Shown here one piece after another: positions 19,548-24,000 of a stretch of 24,000 bases of DNA (positions within the stretch are counted from its first letter, which is position 1; every line of letters starts with the position of its first letter). Position numbers and translations under genes: made by a program. The notes beneath the pieces are model-generated. The model was not told the DNA's origin and did no database searches. It saw nothing but the letters and a program-made list of their open reading frames with translations. Source of the stretch: Nitrospirillum sp. BR 11164 (GTDB taxonomy: Bacteria > Pseudomonadota > Alphaproteobacteria > Azospirillales > Azospirillaceae); contig NZ_JAYEES010000004.1 of the NCBI RefSeq assembly GCF_034653275.1, forward strand, positions 592,414-616,413, read 5' to 3'.

Positions 19548-20876
19548 TTATTCCGCCGCTTGGGCCGGCCGCACGCTGTGCCGGTTGGCGGGAATGGGCA
19601 AGCCCAGGTGGCCGCGCAGGGTGCCGGCCGTGTAGTCGGTGCGGAACAGGCCCCGGCGCTGCAGGATGGGCACCACCTTGTCCGTGAATTGGGCGAAGGC
19701 GCCGGGGCGGGTGACATGGATGTTGAAGCCGTCGGCCGCCCGCCCGGTGAACCAGCGTTCGATCTCATCGGCCACCGTCTCCGGCGTGCCGACGAAGCCG
19801 GAGCGCCAGCGGCCGAAGCGCCAGGCCGCCTCACGCAGGGTCAGGCCTTCCTCCCGCGCGGTTTTGATAATGCGCTCCGCATGGCCCTTGTAGCCGTTCA
19901 GGCTGACATGGCTGAGGTCGGGGAAGGGGGCGTCCAGGTCGTACTGGCGGAAATCATGGTAGTTGAAGGGCCGCCCCAGCTGGACCAGCAGCTTGTCCAA
20001 ATCCAGCTCCGCCTCGTGCGCGGCGGCCAGGCGGTCCGCCTCCTCCTGCGTGTCGGCGATGGTGACGGTCAGGCCGGGCAGGACGACGATGTGGTCGGGG
20101 TCGCGTCCCCGCGCGGCGGCGCGCGCCTTCAGGTCGGCGTAGTAGGCCTGGGCCGCCTCGAACCCGTCGGCGCTGGCGAAGGTGGCGTCGGCGATGGTGG
20201 CGCCCAGGTCGCGGCCGGCGTCGCTGTCGCCCGCCTGGAAGATGACCGGCTGGCCCTGGGGGCTGCGGGTCAGGGCCAGCGGCCCGGCGACGGAGAAGAA
20301 GCGGCCCTTGTGGTTCAGGGCGTGCTGCTTGGTCTTGTCCAGGAACACGCCCGCCGCCTTGTCGCGGGGGAAGGCGTCATCCTCATAGCTGTCCCACAGG
20401 CCTTGGACGACGGACACGAACTCCCGCGCGCGCTGGTAGCGTTCCGCATGGTCGAGGTGGTGGTCCCGGCCATAGTTGCGGGCGGCACCCTCCAGCCCCG
20501 TGGTCACCACGTTCCAGCCGGCGCGTCCCCGGCTGATGTTGTCCAGCGAGCCGAACTGGCGGGCGACGTTGTACGGCTCCCAGTACGAGGTGGTCAGCGT
20601 GCCCACCAGGCCGATGTGGCTGGTGGAGACGGCCAGGGCCGACAGCAGGGTCAGCGGCTCCAGCCGGTTCAGGAAATGGGGGGCGCTGTCGGGCGTGATG
20701 TAGGGGCTGTCGACGATGAAGACCAGGTCGAACTTGGCGGCCTCCGCCTTGCGGGCGGCGTCGATGTACCAGTTGATGTCGATGCTGGCGTCGCCGGGCA
20801 GGTCGGGGTCGCGCCAGTCGTCATGGCTGGTGCCGACGCCGGCCAGGATGGCGCCCAGGTGCAGGGAACGGGTCAT
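19548..20876 (-). CDS. LLM-class flavin (FMNH2)-dependent monooxygenase, NtaA/SnaA/DszA subfamily
   Basis: 442 aa. MTRSLHLGAIL..., FDLVFIVDS, TLTTSYWEPYNVARQFGSLDNISRGRAGWNVVTT, GQPVIFQAGDSDAGRDLGA, GTPETVADEIERWF. Luciferase-like TIM barrel with the long insertion typical of the NtaA/DszA group. GGAG lies 9 nt upstream of the ATG. Confidence 0.88.
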   Translation of the reverse strand: MTRSLHLGAILAGVGTSHDDWRDPDLPGDASIDINWYIDAARKAEAAKFDLVFIVDSPYITPDSAPHFLNRLEPLTLLSALAVSTSHIGLVGTLTTSYWEPYNVARQFGSLDNISRGRAGWNVVTTGLEGAARNYGRDHHLDHAERYQRAREFVSVVQGLWDSYEDDAFPRDKAAGVFLDKTKQHALNHKGRFFSVAGPLALTRSPQGQPVIFQAGDSDAGRDLGATIADATFASADGFEAAQAYYADLKARAAARGRDPDHIVVLPGLTVTIADTQEEADRLAAAHEAELDLDKLLVQLGRPFNYHDFRQYDLDAPFPDLSHVSLNGYKGHAERIIKTAREEGLTLREAAWRFGRWRSGFVGTPETVADEIERWFTGRAADGFNIHVTRPGAFAQFTDKVVPILQRRGLFRTDYTAGTLRGHLGLPIPANRHSVRPAQAAE

Positions 20877-21018
20877 GGTGCGGGTCTCCAGTCGGCGGCC
20901 AAGCTGGCCGGCGGTTGAGCGGTTCGGGAAGGCTGTCAGGGGAAAAGTCTAGCGCCGCCGGCCGCATCGGAAATTTTGGAAATCGTGCAGCGTCTGTTTG
21001 GCGGCGCTGAACGATGGC

Positions 21019-23538
<2,520 letters not shown>

Positions 23539-23741
23539 GTAAAACCCCCTTGGACCCGGCTTGGCATGCCTGCCGGGCTTCCCCGATGTTGAATAAAGCG
23601 ATGGGGTTTTTAGACAGGCCCCGGCTGGGGACCGTAAATCGACTTATCCTTGAGGATTTGATGAGGGCACTAAATTGGTAGTCAGGCCGCCGATCATTGC
23701 GGTGGGCAGGCCTCGCCGAAGCCTTGGAAAGGCTGGCATCT

Positions 23742-23785
23742 TATAATGCACTAAATAAGTGTGAAATACCGAGCTATGCATTATA
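23742..23785. repeat. 9-bp inverted repeat TATAATGCA (23742-23750) / TGCATTATA (23777-23785), 26-bp spacer, in the TBDR-LysR divergent spacer
   Basis: Read directly. Each arm carries a perfect TATAAT hexamer on opposite strands. I found no -35 match at proper spacing for the plus-strand hexamer or at the 17-nt spacing I checked for the minus-strand one. Confidence 0.8.
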
Positions 23786-23883
23786 TTGTACATCGCCATG
23801 CTGCGGACTCAGGTTGCTGGGTTGCGTGTCGGCGTGTGTAATTAGGGCCAATGAGAACCCATGGACAGTGAGGACCGTGCCCC

Positions 23884-24000
23884 ATGCCCCCCAATCTGCC
23901 CACCGAGCTACTGCGCACCTTCGTCGCCATCGTCGACGCCGGCACCCTGCAGAAGGCGACGGAGCGCATCTTCCTCACGCAGTCGGCCCTCAGCCTGCAG
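23884..24000 (+). CDS. LysR-family transcriptional regulator, N-terminal fragment (runs off the window)
   Basis: MPPNLPTELLRTFVAIVDAGTLQKATERIFLTQSALSLQ is the canonical LysR wHTH start. GAGGA lies 9 nt upstream. Divergent from the TBDR gene. Confidence 0.75.
   Translation, partial: MPPNLPTELLRTFVAIVDAGTLQKATERIFLTQSALSLQ

Noticed and set aside
23539-23773. Possible cobalamin, TPP or other riboswitch in the long TBDR leader
   Set aside because: I could not find a B12 box (GCCACTG or ..GACCTGCC-type), a TPP CTGAGA/ACCTGA core, or another familiar riboswitch core. Only generic hairpins are present. An Infernal/Rfam scan is needed before any claim.
23781-23978. 65-aa minus-strand ORF
   Set aside because: It overlaps, in antisense, the clear LysR wHTH N-terminus that starts at 23884. 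It has no SD or motif support.

Overview
High-GC (roughly two-thirds G+C by eye) proteobacterial chromosomal window. It is gene-dense, and I found no transposase, integrase, CRISPR array or recognisable defence genes. Left: the tail of a tripartite RND efflux operon (RND permease fragment plus NodT/OprM-type outer-membrane lipoprotein) and a convergent ogt. Centre: a Tat-exported formate dehydrogenase-N/O operon, fdnG-fdnH-fdnI-fdhE. The ORF track splits fdnG only because of an in-frame TGA (Sec198) followed by a SECIS-like hairpin. Next come a divergent MDR-family oxidoreductase/LysR pair and a Cys-motif permease transcribed divergently from selD. selA-selB-tRNA(Sec) then converges on selD. 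The whole Sec-decoding machinery and its client selenoprotein therefore sit within about 14 kb. Right: a solitary beta-barrel OMP, an AT-rich structured spacer holding a candidate unannotated 39-codon mini-gene, and a minus-strand set of TonB-dependent receptor, NtaA/DszA-type flavin monooxygenase and SapC-family protein with a divergent LysR gene at the window edge. I do not see a compelling, wholly novel multi-gene system. The best leads are the thiol-motif permease paired with selD (candidate Se transporter), the mini-gene at 18.1-18.4 kb, and the uncharacterised TBDR/monooxygenase/SapC/LysR module. All family assignments come from motif recognition in the translations, not from database searches. 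The many long ORFs antisense to real genes are high-GC artefacts.
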